A stretch of DNA of 64,000 nt from the NCBI GenBank assembly GCA_963746775.1, contig CAVVCK010000001.1, positions 418,435 to 482,434 on the forward strand. Reading direction: 5' to 3'. The stretch comes from an uncultured bacterium (GTDB lineage Bacteria > Patescibacteriota > JABMPQ01 > CAVVCK01). Both the position numbers and the translations under genes were made by a program. Positions 29,699-38,646 of this stretch are shown here, in pieces; position 1 is the first letter of the stretch, and each line of letters begins with the position of its first letter. The notes beneath the pieces are model-generated. The model was not told the DNA's origin. It searched no databases and worked only from the letters and a program-made list of their open reading frames with translations.

Positions 29699-30712
29699 AT
29701 GCTTATTTTAGCTATAGAAACGTTTTGCGATGAAACTTCAATTGCAATATTAAAAGACGGCAAGAAATTATTGTCTAATATTGTTTATTCTCAAGAAAAA
29801 ATGCACGCAAAGTTCGGTGGAATAGTACCAGAAATCGCTGCCCGTAAACATATTGAAACTGTAATTCCCACTATTGATAAAGCCTTAACTAAAGCTAATG
29901 TTAAGTTAAATAAGATGGACTATATTGCCGTAACTAATGGTCCAGGATTAATTACATCACTAATGATTGGCATAGACACAGCCAAATCTCTATCCTTTGC
30001 TCTAAAAATTCCCATAATACCTATCCATCACACAGAATCTCATATTTATTCTAATTTCATTGAAAATAGTGAAATTGAATTCCCTGCTCTAGCTTTAGTT
30101 GTCTCTGGTGGACATACTAATCTTATTTTAATAAAAGATCATGGCCAATACCAAGAAATAGGCTCAACCAGAGATGATGCCGCTGGCGAGGCTTTCGATA
30201 AAGTCGCTAAATTGTTAAATATTGGTTATCCCGGGGGCCCTGTTATTTCAGAAAAAGCTGACATGGGAAATTCCCGAGCTTATTCCTTCCCTAGACCTAT
30301 GATCAATAGTAATAATTTTGATTTTTCTTTTTCCGGACTTAAAACAGAGGTGCTATATTTAGTCCAGAAAAAACATAATAAATTTTCTCCCCAAGAAATA
30401 AATAATATCTGCGCTTCTTTCCAGATAGCTGTCGTGGATGTACTAGTCTCTAAAACTATTAAAGCAGCGACTAAATATAACGTAAAATCAGTTCTACTCG
30501 CTGGCGGTGTATCAGCTAATAAATTATTAAGAAGAAAATTAAAAACAGCTGTCAATCAAGAATTAGAAAAAACTGAATTTTATTATCCAGACTTCCAATA
30601 TTGCACTGATAATGCCGCTATGGTAGCTCAAGCTGCTTATTACCATGTTTTAAATAAAAATTATACGACCTGGGATAAGGTTATAGTTGATCCGAATTTG
30701 AAATTGAACTAA
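29699..30712 (+). CDS. tsaD: tRNA N6-adenosine threonylcarbamoyltransferase
   Basis: MLILAIETFCDETSIAILKDGKKLLSNIVYSQ...HIETV. Kae1/TsaD ASKHA fold, 337 aa. Confidence 0.85.
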   Translation: MLILAIETFCDETSIAILKDGKKLLSNIVYSQEKMHAKFGGIVPEIAARKHIETVIPTIDKALTKANVKLNKMDYIAVTNGPGLITSLMIGIDTAKSLSFALKIPIIPIHHTESHIYSNFIENSEIEFPALALVVSGGHTNLILIKDHGQYQEIGSTRDDAAGEAFDKVAKLLNIGYPGGPVISEKADMGNSRAYSFPRPMINSNNFDFSFSGLKTEVLYLVQKKHNKFSPQEINNICASFQIAVVDVLVSKTIKAATKYNVKSVLLAGGVSANKLLRRKLKTAVNQELEKTEFYYPDFQYCTDNAAMVAQAAYYHVLNKNYTTWDKVIVDPNLKLN

Positions 30713-30718
30713 AAAATT

Positions 30719-30753
30719 ACGTAGGGGCAGAACAATGTTCTGCCCCTACGTAA
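30719..30753. repeat. second copy of the 31-bp GC palindrome (TTACGTAGGGGCAGAACAATGTTCTGCCCCTACGTAA)
   Basis: Core identical to 481-513. Lies between tsaD and valS. Confidence 0.8.
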
Positions 30754-30817
30754 TCAATCTTTACACTCCCTCCTTTATCCGCAATAATAACTTTATAATT
30801 TAAAATAAAATATATTT

Positions 30818-33229
30818 ATGAAACTAGATAAAAAATACAATCACCTCGAATCAGAGAAAAAATGGCATAAATTCTGGGAAGAAGAAAAAATTTACCAATT
30901 TGATGAAAAATCTGACAAGCCTATTTATTCAGTAGATACTCCACCTCCCTATGTATCCGCTGATCACCTTCATCAAGGCCATATTATGAGCTACTCTCAG
31001 GCAGAATTTATTGTGCGCTATAAAAGAATGAAAGGCTTTAATGTCTATTACCCTATGGGTTTTGATGATAATGGTTTGCCGACTGAAAGATTTGTAGAAA
31101 AAAAATATAAAGTAAATAAAAAAAATATTTCTCGGCCGGAATTTATAGACCTTTGCCTTAAAGAAACCAAAAAAGGAGCGGAGACTTATAGAAAACTTTG
31201 GACAGATTTAGGAATTTCCGTTGATTGGTCTAAAACTTATAGTACTATCAATCCCCTTTGTCAGAGCCGATCTCAATGGAGTTTTTTGGATTTATATAAT
31301 AAAGGCAAAATTTATAGAGCGAATAAACCAATTCTTTGGTGTACGACTTGCCAGACTGCTATCGCTCAAGCAGATTTGGAACCTGAAGAAAGAAAGACTA
31401 AATTAGTTCATATAAAAGTTAAAATAAAAGACACGGGTGAAAACTTAGTATTTGCTACCACTAGACCAGAACTTCTACCCGCTTGTATGGGAATATCAGT
31501 CAATCCTACTGATAAGCGCTACAAAAACTTAATCGGCAAAACCGTTATTATGCCTCTAACTGGAGCTGAAGTAGAACTAACAGCCGATAACGAAGGTGTA
31601 GATCCTAGATATGGCTCAGGCGTTGTCTATTTCTGCTCCTATGGCGGTGGCGAGTGTATTGAATGGCTTTCCAGACACAAGGAAGCCAAGCCTATTCATA
31701 TTCTAAATCCAGACGGCAAATTCAATGATAAGGCCGGAAATTACCAAGGCCTAAGCATTGGTGAAGCCCGTAAAAAAATTATAGAAGACTTAAATAAAGC
31801 AGGCGCTATTGAAAAAATAGAAAAACTAAACAATGTTACTCACGTTCATGAACGCTGCGGTACTGATGTCGAATACATTCCCACTAAACAATGGTTTATA
31901 AGACTCCTAGATGATAAAGAAGCTTTCCTAGAATATGGCAAGAAATTAAATTGGTACCCTGAATCCATGCATAAAAAATACATTGACTGGGTGGAGAGCC
32001 TTAAGTGGGATTGGTGTATCTCCAGACAGCGATATTATGGCGTCCCCTTCCCTCTTTGGTATTGTGCTGATTGTGGTGAAGTAATTCTACCCGAAGAAAA
32101 AGATTTGCCCATTGATCCATCTGTAAATAAACCAAATAAACCTTGCCCTAAATGTGGATCAACTAATACAAAACCTGAATTAGATGTTATGGATACCTGG
32201 ATGACTTCATCTATGACCCCCTATATCGTTCGAGATTTAATTGGAAATGATAAGGTATTCCCTACTTCACTCCGCCCCCAAGCCTTTGAAATTATTCGCA
32301 CTTGGCTATTTTATAGCGTAGTTAAAGCTTATTTTCATAATCAATCTATTCCATTCCAAGACGTTATGATTTCTGGACATGGGCTAGATCAACACGGCAG
32401 AAAAATATCTAAAAGATTAGGTAATTATGTTGATCCTAATATTATAATTGAACAATACGGAGCTGACTCTATGCGCTATTGGAGCTGCGGTGCAAACTTA
32501 GGAAGCAATTTAAGATTCCAAGAAGAAGAAGTAAAAGAAGGAAAGAAACTATTAAATAAGCTATTCAATGTTGCCAAATTTTCCTTAATGCACCTCGAAG
32601 AATCAGGAATTAAGAATCAGGAATCAGGAGAATTAAAACCTATAGATAAATGGATATTAACCAAATTGCAAAATACAATTAAAGAATGCACCAAAGCCTT
32701 TGATACTTACGAGTATTCTCGGGTAAAAAAGATTGTTTATGATTTCTTTTGGAAAGATTTGGCTGATAATTATTTAGAAATGGTTAAATACAGGCTCTAC
32801 CAAGAAGATGAAAAAGATCAGGCTGCACTCTACACACTCTATACTTGTCTATTGAATATTGTAAAATTATGGGCTCCCCTTCTTCCTCATATTACAGAAG
32901 AAATCTGGCAAGCTTACTTCAAAGATACCGAGAGTGACAAAAGTGTTCATATAAGCAAATGGCCAGAAGTAAATAAAGATTTAATTGATAAAGAAAATGA
33001 AAAATTAGGCGACTTAGCTATCTTAATCTTATCTCACGTCCGCAAAGAAAAATCTGATAATAATATTTCTTTGGCTAAGGAAATTAAAGAAGTAATAATT
33101 GATTCCAAAGAAAAAGGATTAGAGAATTTTTTTGAGGATTTGAAGGAGACTAGTAAGGCTGGGAGGGTTGAATTTGGGGAGGGCGGAATGGAAGTTGTGA
33201 AGGATGTAAAAATTAAGGTTGGATTATAG
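30818..33229 (+). CDS. valS: class I aminoacyl-tRNA synthetase of the Val/Ile/Leu subfamily, most consistent with valyl-tRNA synthetase (compact, 803 aa)
   Basis: TPPPYVSADHLHQGH (PPP-x-HxGH). ATTRPELLP (ValRS ATTRPETLLGD). WCISRQRYYGVPFP. KMSKS-like GRKISKRLGNYVDP. Assignment to Val rather than Ile/Leu is by motif resemblance only. Confidence 0.55.
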   Translation: MKLDKKYNHLESEKKWHKFWEEEKIYQFDEKSDKPIYSVDTPPPYVSADHLHQGHIMSYSQAEFIVRYKRMKGFNVYYPMGFDDNGLPTERFVEKKYKVNKKNISRPEFIDLCLKETKKGAETYRKLWTDLGISVDWSKTYSTINPLCQSRSQWSFLDLYNKGKIYRANKPILWCTTCQTAIAQADLEPEERKTKLVHIKVKIKDTGENLVFATTRPELLPACMGISVNPTDKRYKNLIGKTVIMPLTGAEVELTADNEGVDPRYGSGVVYFCSYGGGECIEWLSRHKEAKPIHILNPDGKFNDKAGNYQGLSIGEARKKIIEDLNKAGAIEKIEKLNNVTHVHERCGTDVEYIPTKQWFIRLLDDKEAFLEYGKKLNWYPESMHKKYIDWVESLKWDWCISRQRYYGVPFPLWYCADCGEVILPEEKDLPIDPSVNKPNKPCPKCGSTNTKPELDVMDTWMTSSMTPYIVRDLIGNDKVFPTSLRPQAFEIIRTWLFYSVVKAYFHNQSIPFQDVMISGHGLDQHGRKISKRLGNYVDPNIIIEQYGADSMRYWSCGANLGSNLRFQEEEVKEGKKLLNKLFNVAKFSLMHLEESGIKNQESGELKPIDKWILTKLQNTIKECTKAFDTYEYSRVKKIVYDFFWKDLADNYLEMVKYRLYQEDEKDQAALYTLYTCLLNIVKLWAPLLPHITEEIWQAYFKDTESDKSVHISKWPEVNKDLIDKENEKLGDLAILILSHVRKEKSDNNISLAKEIKEVIIDSKEKGLENFFEDLKETSKAGRVEFGEGGMEVVKDVKIKVGL

Positions 33230-33260
33230 TTTTTATATCATTAAGTATCAAAATTAATAA

Positions 33261-33290
33261 AAAAATTGCTTAAAATAGCAATTTTTTTTA
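33261..33290 (+). terminator. rho-independent terminator ATTGCT-TAAAAT-AGCAAT + TTTTTTT
   Basis: Hairpin plus T7 run, 32 bp after the valS stop. Confidence 0.7.
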
Positions 33291-33420
33291 TTAAAAAAGC
33301 TACCATTTTGTAATTATTGCCTATAATCAGCTATTTCAAAAAGTTAAATAGTAACTTAATCTCTTGACAACAACAAACAGACGTGATAGGCTAGAATAAT
33401 GTTAATAATCTTAATAAAAT

Positions 33421-33657
33421 ATGGATACTCAAGACAAAACTAAATTCTTAAATCAACGTACAGACATTATAATATCATTATTAATCCACATATTAGAATC
33501 TAAGTCGAAAGAATTCAAAACTCTTAGAAGTAAAATCACCTTTCTCTACTCTTTTGGCCTCAAATCCAAAGAAATAGGACAAATATTAAATAAAAAAGAT
33601 AGTCATATTCGCAAAGAAATTGCTATCGTTCGTAAACTAAATAATAAAAATAACTAA
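33421..33657 (+). CDS. small HTH protein (sigma-70 region-4-like / LuxR-like), paralog 1 of 3
   Basis: 78 aa. Helix-turn-helix-like LYSFGLKSKEIGQILNKKDSHIRKEIAIV. Confidence 0.4.
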   Translation: MDTQDKTKFLNQRTDIIISLLIHILESKSKEFKTLRSKITFLYSFGLKSKEIGQILNKKDSHIRKEIAIVRKLNNKNN

Positions 33658-33663
33658 AATCAT

Positions 33664-33876
33664 ATGGAAACTGAAAAACTATTAGCAGACATATCCAACA
33701 AATTAAGTGTTTTAATTTCTATGTCTCTAGAAAGGGGAAATAAACAGGCAACAAATAAAGACAAAATTAAGTTTTTAAATAGATTTAGCCTTACAAATAA
33801 GCAAATAGCCGAAATCATTGGAACTTCTAAAAACTCAATAGAAGTAACGTTAAGTAAGTTAAAAAATAAATCTTAA
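33664..33876 (+). CDS. small HTH protein, paralog 2 of 3
   Basis: 70 aa. FLNRFSLTNKQIAEIIGTSKNSIEVTLSKL. Confidence 0.4.
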   Translation: METEKLLADISNKLSVLISMSLERGNKQATNKDKIKFLNRFSLTNKQIAEIIGTSKNSIEVTLSKLKNKS

Positions 33877-33887
33877 TATTAAAATAT

Positions 33888-34061
33888 ATGCCGAAAAAGG
33901 AAAATACAAATAGTTCAACAGAGCTCTTAGAACTGCTTCTTATAGTAGAATTACTGAAACTAGGAACTACTCAACTTGATATTCGTAAATTAATTGGTTG
34001 CGATATATATAAAATAAATAAACTAGCAAAATTAATAAAAAAAGGTAAGAAGAATAATTAA
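33888..34061 (+). CDS. small HTH protein, paralog 3 of 3 (57 aa, below ORF-track cutoff)
   Basis: Manual translation MPKKENTNSSTELLELLLIVELLKLGTTQLDIRKLIGCDIYKINKLAKLIKKGKKNN. Same L..xLG.....I....G architecture as its neighbours. Confidence 0.35.
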   Translation: MPKKENTNSSTELLELLLIVELLKLGTTQLDIRKLIGCDIYKINKLAKLIKKGKKNN

Positions 34062-34062
34062 A

Positions 34063-34758
34063 ATGAAAAAGCTAAATCAGGAAATAGTTGAAAAACTAGC
34101 AAATGAACTTAATATTTCAGAAAGAACAGTTAAAAAAAATATTTATAATTTAGTTAAAGATTACTCAGGACTAACAAAAAATGCAGTAGCCCAAATATAT
34201 GCAAGACAAAACGGTAAGACAGTCTTCCGAAAACTAGATAACGAAGATAAGGCAACACTACCCTCTATGGAAGTAATTCCTGAAAAAATTAAAATAAAAA
34301 GTATAAAAACTAGCAAAACAAAGAAACAAATTCTTTTTAATTACGAAACAGATGATTATTTTAAAAAGGAACACATAGATGAACTTCATAGAGCATATAA
34401 TAATAACTGTTACACAGCTGTCTTTATTTTAGCTCGTAAAATTATTGAAAATCTTATTATTGATATATTAAGAAAAAAATATCCTGAAAAAAAGAAAGAA
34501 AATAAAGAACTTTATTTTGATATAAATAAAAGACGTTTCAAAGATTTTGGTATTATACTCGACAATTTATATAAAAAAAGAAATGATTTTGGCACAGAAA
34601 ACAGAGCAGTTGAAAGATTATACACTCTGGCTAAAAAGTTAAAAGACAATTCAAATCATAAAACACATTCATGGTATCATCTTGTTAAACGTAAGATAGA
34701 AATAGAGGATCTAGATATTAATCAAATAATTAATATTATAAAAAAACTAGAAAAATAA
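34063..34758 (+). CDS. hypothetical protein with N-terminal HTH and uncharacterised C-terminal helical domain
   Basis: 231 aa. EKLANELNISERTVKKNIYNL HTH-like start. No catalytic motif recognised. Confidence 0.4.
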   Translation: MKKLNQEIVEKLANELNISERTVKKNIYNLVKDYSGLTKNAVAQIYARQNGKTVFRKLDNEDKATLPSMEVIPEKIKIKSIKTSKTKKQILFNYETDDYFKKEHIDELHRAYNNNCYTAVFILARKIIENLIIDILRKKYPEKKKENKELYFDINKRRFKDFGIILDNLYKKRNDFGTENRAVERLYTLAKKLKDNSNHKTHSWYHLVKRKIEIEDLDINQIINIIKKLEK

Positions 34759-34809
34759 CACTAGCAGTAAATTTAATTAAGTAAAACATAAAATTACCAA
34801 TCTATGTAC

Positions 34810-35080
34810 ACATTTAAATTTAACTGCTGCCACATGAACGGCAGTCAATATTAATTAACATTACAACATGTTAATAGAAAAATTGACTGTTGCACGTCTG
34901 TGAAGTATTAATATCTTTAACCGAGGATTTATAAGACCTGGCTTAAATTACAGTTAATATATTAGCTTACACGGAGTAGGAAGAAAAAAGTTTCTTCTGA
35001 TAGATGCGCACTCATTTGTAAACTAACCAGGTATTAGTAAATGAACACGTAATTCCGTGTGGCAGCAATTAGATCTAAGA
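34810..35080. other. structured noncoding segment with nested inverted repeats, bounded by an imperfect ~15-bp inverted repeat (AACTGCTGCCACATG / CGTGTGGCAGCAATT)
   Basis: Read from the sequence:
- CTGCCACATGAACGGCAG hairpin.
- CAGTCAAT...ATTGACTG.
- TTAACAT-TACAAC-ATGTTAA.
- The terminal inverted copies lie about 235 bp apart. Confidence 0.4.
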
Positions 35081-35105
35081 TTAATAATATTTAATTTATA
35101 TTACT

Positions 35106-35315
35106 ATGAATATTGTCGGTTATATATTAATTATCTTCGGAGGATTTTGGATCTTAAGCCGCCTATTAAACCAGCCCGTTATGTTTCGTTTAGTACGAGA
35201 TCAAATACAAGCTGGCGGATTTTTATATGGTATTTGGTGTTATATTAGAGGAGAAATATTCGGACTTGGACTAGGTATGTCACTAATAATATTAGGTATT
35301 TATCTTATAAAGTAG
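35106..35315 (+). CDS. small membrane protein (2 TM, 69 aa)
   Basis: Two hydrophobic helices. Preferred over the overlapping ORF 35057-35248 because of its clean TM architecture. Confidence 0.35.
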   Translation: MNIVGYILIIFGGFWILSRLLNQPVMFRLVRDQIQAGGFLYGIWCYIRGEIFGLGLGMSLIILGIYLIK

Positions 35316-35378
35316 ATTAGATTTGATAGCTACAAATATTCATCTATAGCGAAATAAATTATTTTTTAACCAAAAAAT

Positions 35379-35582
35379 ATGATTAATTTATCAGACTTAC
35401 CAAAAACATTATTTTCTCCGTTTAAAACACTCTTCATTGGTTATATTTTACTTATCGCTATCGGTAAAATTACTATTGCAGGATTCTGGGAATTTTTTGG
35501 AATTTCTATTATTATTATAATTTTTGAAATTTTTCACAATGATTTTCTTAGAATAATACTCAATAAACAAGCAAATAAGTAA
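35379..35582 (+). CDS. small membrane protein (2 TM, 67 aa)
   Basis: Hydrophobic helices LFIGYILLIAIGKITIAGFW and ISIIIIIFEIF. Confidence 0.35.
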   Translation: MINLSDLPKTLFSPFKTLFIGYILLIAIGKITIAGFWEFFGISIIIIIFEIFHNDFLRIILNKQANK

Positions 35583-35594
35583 AAATAAATATTC

Positions 35595-35626
35595 CGATCG
35601 CTACAGATATTAATCTGTAGCGATCG
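35595..35626. promoter_or_regulatory. perfect 14-bp-stem palindrome CGATCGCTACAGAT-ATTA-ATCTGTAGCGATCG; half-site ATCTATAGCGA also at ~35342
   Basis: Seen directly. Lies between the small membrane protein genes and could be an operator or a terminator hairpin. Confidence 0.45.
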
Positions 35627-35646
35627 TTAATAATTAAAACAAAAAA

Positions 35647-36030
35647 ATGCCCGAAAAAAAGAAAAAAACAATCCTAAATACCCTTCTCTGGGGATTTTTA
35701 CTCTGGTTATTCGGCTACATCCTAGGAATAATCTTCTTTGCTTTCATTCCCGAAAATCTCCTGGGTTGGGTTATTGCCCCCTTCGGCTGGCTAGTTACAA
35801 TTTTAATTTTATTCAAAAAGGTCAAAAGAGATTCTCTTGGTTGTTACCTAGTCGTCGGTATAATCTGGACAATAATAGCTATAATTTTAGATTATGCCTT
35901 TATAGTCAAACTCTTTGGCTCAAATAATTATTATAAACTTGATGTCTATTTCTATTATTTCTCTACTATAATATTGCCAGTAGCAATTGGTTGGTACAAG
36001 CTTAAGAAAGATAAAAATATTGCAAAATAG
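35647..36030 (+). CDS. membrane protein (4 TM, 127 aa)
   Basis: Four hydrophobic segments. Lys-rich N-terminus. Confidence 0.4.
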   Translation: MPEKKKKTILNTLLWGFLLWLFGYILGIIFFAFIPENLLGWVIAPFGWLVTILILFKKVKRDSLGCYLVVGIIWTIIAIILDYAFIVKLFGSNNYYKLDVYFYYFSTIILPVAIGWYKLKKDKNIAK

Positions 36031-36031
36031 A

Positions 36032-37483
36032 TTATAAAATTCCCAAATCCAATTCCTCATCAAATTTTATTTGCTCTACAAAATCAGGCATATGGCTAAC
36101 CATTATCAGCGCGCCTTTGTAATCATTAATTGCTTTAGCGATTATGGGTAAATGACGAAAATTAATATGATTAGTTGGCTCATCTAGGATCAAAACTCCC
36201 GGCTGCATTAAAGTCAAGCGCGCAAAATTCAATAATCCTTTCTGCCCTTCCGATAAATCAGCCACTTTATGGCTCATCAAATCTCCATTAATCAAAAATC
36301 CTGAGGCAACCGAACGCAGCTCTTGCTCACCTAATCCGCTAGCCAAAATACTTGAAAGAGAGTCATAAACAGTTTGATCAAAATCCAAATTAGAAAAATC
36401 CTGACTATAATAACCAACTCGCACATCTTCTAAAATTTTAGCATTTTCATCTTTATTATTTACCAGCGTCCGCAATAATGTGCTTTTGCCTATCCCATTT
36501 GGTCCAATAATTAAAAGATGCATTCTCTTGCGAATAATTATTTCAACTTTTTTAATAATTGGCTCATGATTTTTAATAACTTTGACCGCGCTAATTTTAA
36601 CAATCTCTCCGGTAATATCTTGCACTGGGATATTAAATTCTCTAATCGTCTTGTCCTCTTTCCGAACATTAACCATATTTTCTTCCATCTCCGCTGCTTC
36701 TAATTTCAATTTTTTGGCTAGTTGCCTCATCTTACCGCCTTTATTGGCAAAAAAATTAACTTTTTCCTTACGATCAGCAATTGATTTTTTAAGCTGAGCA
36801 TTTTTTCTTTGCTCGCGTTCTACTCTATTTTTAATCTCTTCCACCACAGAATAATAATCACCAACATAAGTCTCAGTTTTATGAGTAAAAACATCTAAAT
36901 AAATAACGCCTTCAGTAAAACAATTCAAAAAATCCGCATCATGTGAAATTACAATTACGGTTTTGTCATACATAATAAGAAATTCGATTAGATGATCTAT
37001 GCCAGCCTGATCAAGGTTATTGGTCGGTTCATCAAGTAAAAGAATATCAGAATTTTGAATCAAGGCATACGCCAATAAAAGTCTCGCTTGCTGTCCGCCA
37101 GAGAGATCTCCAACTTTTCTGTCAGTTGGTACATCTAAATTTACCACTTGTAAAACTTTAAAAATTCGACTAGCCAAATTAGCTGGAGGAATCTCAAAAG
37201 CTTTTTCAAAATATTCCGTAATCGACAAAACAAAATCTTCGCGCTTTATCACTTGGCGGGCTGTAGCAATGCTAGCTTTATTAGAAATATTTACCTTACC
37301 AGATTTTGGCTGTAATTCACCCATGATTAAAGAAAATAAAGAGCTCTTGCCAGCGCCATTTTGTCCCATTAGAGTTATTTTTGCACCTTTGTGGACGCTA
37401 AAACTAGCCTCGTCTAAAATAGGCTTATGATAATCATATTCAAAATTTACTTGATCAAATCTTAAGATTACATCTTCTGCCAT
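36032..37483 (-). CDS. ABC-F family ATPase (tandem ABC domains, no TM domain)
   Basis: Two Walker A motifs (LMGQNGAGKSSLFS; IIGPNGIGKSTLLR). Two signatures (LSGGQQARL; LSEGQKGLL). Charged linker between the domains. Confidence 0.8.
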   Translation of the reverse strand: MAEDVILRFDQVNFEYDYHKPILDEASFSVHKGAKITLMGQNGAGKSSLFSLIMGELQPKSGKVNISNKASIATARQVIKREDFVLSITEYFEKAFEIPPANLASRIFKVLQVVNLDVPTDRKVGDLSGGQQARLLLAYALIQNSDILLLDEPTNNLDQAGIDHLIEFLIMYDKTVIVISHDADFLNCFTEGVIYLDVFTHKTETYVGDYYSVVEEIKNRVEREQRKNAQLKKSIADRKEKVNFFANKGGKMRQLAKKLKLEAAEMEENMVNVRKEDKTIREFNIPVQDITGEIVKISAVKVIKNHEPIIKKVEIIIRKRMHLLIIGPNGIGKSTLLRTLVNNKDENAKILEDVRVGYYSQDFSNLDFDQTVYDSLSSILASGLGEQELRSVASGFLINGDLMSHKVADLSEGQKGLLNFARLTLMQPGVLILDEPTNHINFRHLPIIAKAINDYKGALIMVSHMPDFVEQIKFDEELDLGIL

Positions 37484-37506
37484 AATATAAATACTATAAA
37501 ATAAAA

Positions 37507-37531
37507 AAGGCGCGAATCACGCCATTGCTGT
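37507..37531 (-). terminator. candidate intrinsic terminator on the minus strand (GGCGT-GATTC-GCGCC + TTTTTTATTTT)
   Basis: Short GC stem followed by a T-run when read on the minus strand. Downstream of tRNA-Leu and upstream of the ABC-F gene. Confidence 0.35.
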
Positions 37532-38045
37532 TAATATAACATATTATTTAAAAAAATCCAGGCCATTTGGTAATATCCACACACATATGGCGGTTTCTAC
37601 AGGATAGTATTATCCTGTTAGATGAGTACATATATCAAAAATAATTAAGTAGAAAAATAAGGTAGGTTTCTATTAAGTACTCTAAACCCAACAATTAATA
37701 AAAAAAATGCCTGAAAATTTAAATCAAAACGAAATAGAAGCCAACAAACAAGAAAAAATTGAAATATTAAAAGAAGCTCTAAAAAAACATTTACCGAAGG
37801 CCTAGAAGCTAGAACTGCTAATTTAGACGAAACTGCAGCTTATCTATACAATACCAACACACTTTATAATGAACAGCCTGATAAAGTATTCCAAAAAATT
37901 TTTCATTGGAGTTGCTAACAGATAAAGAATATTCAGCAATTGTTTGGGAACATAAAAATGAAGCGCCTGATGATCCTAGGAAAAAACATGTTACTGTTTT
38001 TGATAAATACACTAGAAAATATGATCAAAAATAAAGTGTTTTAAA

Positions 38046-38128
38046 ATGGGCACGGAGAGATTCGAACTCTCAAGAGATAAACCCATACGCTCCTGAAACG
38101 TACGCGTATACCAGTTCCGCCACGTGCC
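38046..38128 (-). tRNA. tRNA-Leu(CAG), class II with long variable arm, CCA not encoded
   Basis: Reverse complement GGGCACGTGGCGGAACTGGTATACGCGTACGTTTCAGGAGCGTA...GAGAGTTCGAATCTCTCCGTGCCCA. 7-bp acceptor, anticodon loop TTCAGGA, T-loop TTCGAAT. Aligns with E. coli tRNA-Leu(CAG). Confidence 0.85.
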
Positions 38129-38262
38129 CAAAATTATAGATATAATTTATAAATTAATAAAAAAAACGTCAATTGAATTCCTAAATATACATTTTAAATT
38201 ATAATATATTTATCTGGTCAAATTTAGTAAGAATGCTATAAGCTACAAAAACAAAATCTCTA

Positions 38263-38478
38263 TCAAACATTCAAAAGCCAACCATCAAAAATAAGCAAGA
38301 AAAAATCAGAATTATTAACTTTATAAAAATAAATTTGATTAGCTTCCCCATTTTTGAAAAAAACCATAATCCCTAGAGATTTCCATCTAGCTGAAATAAT
38401 TTTCTCAACTATTATTTCCTCCTCTGATTTCCTCAAAAAAATAAATACTATTTTCCTTGGCACCCAAAACAATTTCAC
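38263..38478 (-). CDS. hypothetical small protein (71 aa)
   Basis: ORF only. No recognisable motif. Confidence 0.2.
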   Translation of the reverse strand: MKLFWVPRKIVFIFLRKSEEEIIVEKIISARWKSLGIMVFFKNGEANQIYFYKVNNSDFFLLIFDGWLLNV

Positions 38479-38646
38479 TCCAACCTTTTTCTGGAACTAT
38501 TTTTTATTTAATATTTGACACCTGTCTTGAATTTAAAAAACATAAAAGACTAGTTTTTGCTTAAAAACATAATCAATTAAACTATTTACATAAATAGTTT
38601 AGTTAATACAGACAATATTATTAATAAACTATAATCTTCTATTAAT

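Noticed and set aside
33360-33400. TTGACA at 33364-33369 as the -35 of a promoter for the small HTH cassette
   Set aside because: No acceptable -10 hexamer at 16-19 bp spacing. TAGAAT lies 23 bp away. Not reported as a promoter.
34759-35105. Known structured RNAs (tmRNA, RNase P RNA, SRP RNA, retron msr/msd) for the structured segment
   Set aside because: No tRNA-like acceptor/T-arm (GGTTCGAATCC). No RNase P P4 consensus (AGGAAAGTCCGGGCTCC...ACAGAAACCGGCTTA). No SRP domain IV motif. No adjacent reverse transcriptase.
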